From the NCBI RefSeq assembly GCF_046119375.1, contig NW_027362768.1, positions 57,722,001-57,786,000 of the forward strand: 64,000 nt of DNA, given 5' to 3'. Within the stretch, counting starts at the first letter, position 1. Every line of letters begins with the position of its first letter. Positions 63,571 to 64,000 of the stretch are shown in pieces. Source of the stretch: Phyllobates terribilis (Eukaryota). The notes under the pieces were generated by a model. It saw nothing but the letters and a program-made list of their open reading frames with translations, did no database searches and was not told where the DNA came from. The translations under genes and the position numbers were made by a program.

Positions 63571-64000
63571 GTAAGTAACCTGCAGTGCTAGTAACAATCC
63601 CCTCCTAAATTACAGAATGTGGTAGATAGATGAATGTATGCATGTGCCATCATTAGGAGAATGTCCAGTGCTCCAGCTATCAAGTCACTTAGTGTTCAAG
63701 TTCCCTATTGGCTCAGAGAATTACCAAAAAAACAAAAACATGTTAACTCGTTAAGAAACAAATTCTACCCATACCCCCCAGCTTTTCCTATTACTTATAT
63801 AAAATTGTAAATATTATAAAATAACTATTTAGTACCCACTTGTCCGTAACAACTTGTCCCTCACACGTGGTGAATGCTGGAAAAAAAACACAAAAATGCT
63901 GTTTTTGGTCTTCTCATCTTACAAGAAAAAAAAGGAATAAAAAGCGAGCAAAAAATCATATGCTTCCTGCAAAAAACATTCCTTCACACGTCTTATTAAA

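Overview
This is vertebrate nuclear DNA, most likely amphibian (frog-type repeat content; inferred, not verified). It is not prokaryotic, so most six-frame ORFs are spurious or transposon debris. Two host genes lie head-to-head around a short GC-rich bidirectional promoter (~33.2-33.6 kb). TPR (nuclear-basket nucleoprotein) is on the minus strand with coding exons 1-4 (151/105/74/97 nt, GT-AG, phases consistent). ODR4 (C1orf27) is on the plus strand with eight coding exons (780 nt, 260 codons, continuing past the window). The introns are heavily inflated by nested transposable elements. These include three DIRS1-type tyrosine-recombinase retrotransposons, a near-intact intron-containing hAT transposon with a perfect 8-bp TSD, several Tc1 elements, TTAA-flanked piggyBac-like non-autonomous elements, solo LTRs, Kolobok/T2-like and hAT MITEs, an RTE-LINE fragment and Penelope-like remnants with minimal hammerhead-ribozyme motifs. 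The most notable observations are: (1) a multi-layer nested TE stack filling ~81% of TPR intron 3; (2) a spliced hAT transposase one frameshift from intact; (3) a ~270-bp hammerhead-bearing mini-insertion in the TPR sense orientation; (4) a DIRS terminus that places a consensus splice donor 62 nt from the acceptor of the ODR4 start-codon exon. I found no convincing wholly new biological system. All protein assignments are from recognition of motifs, not database searches.
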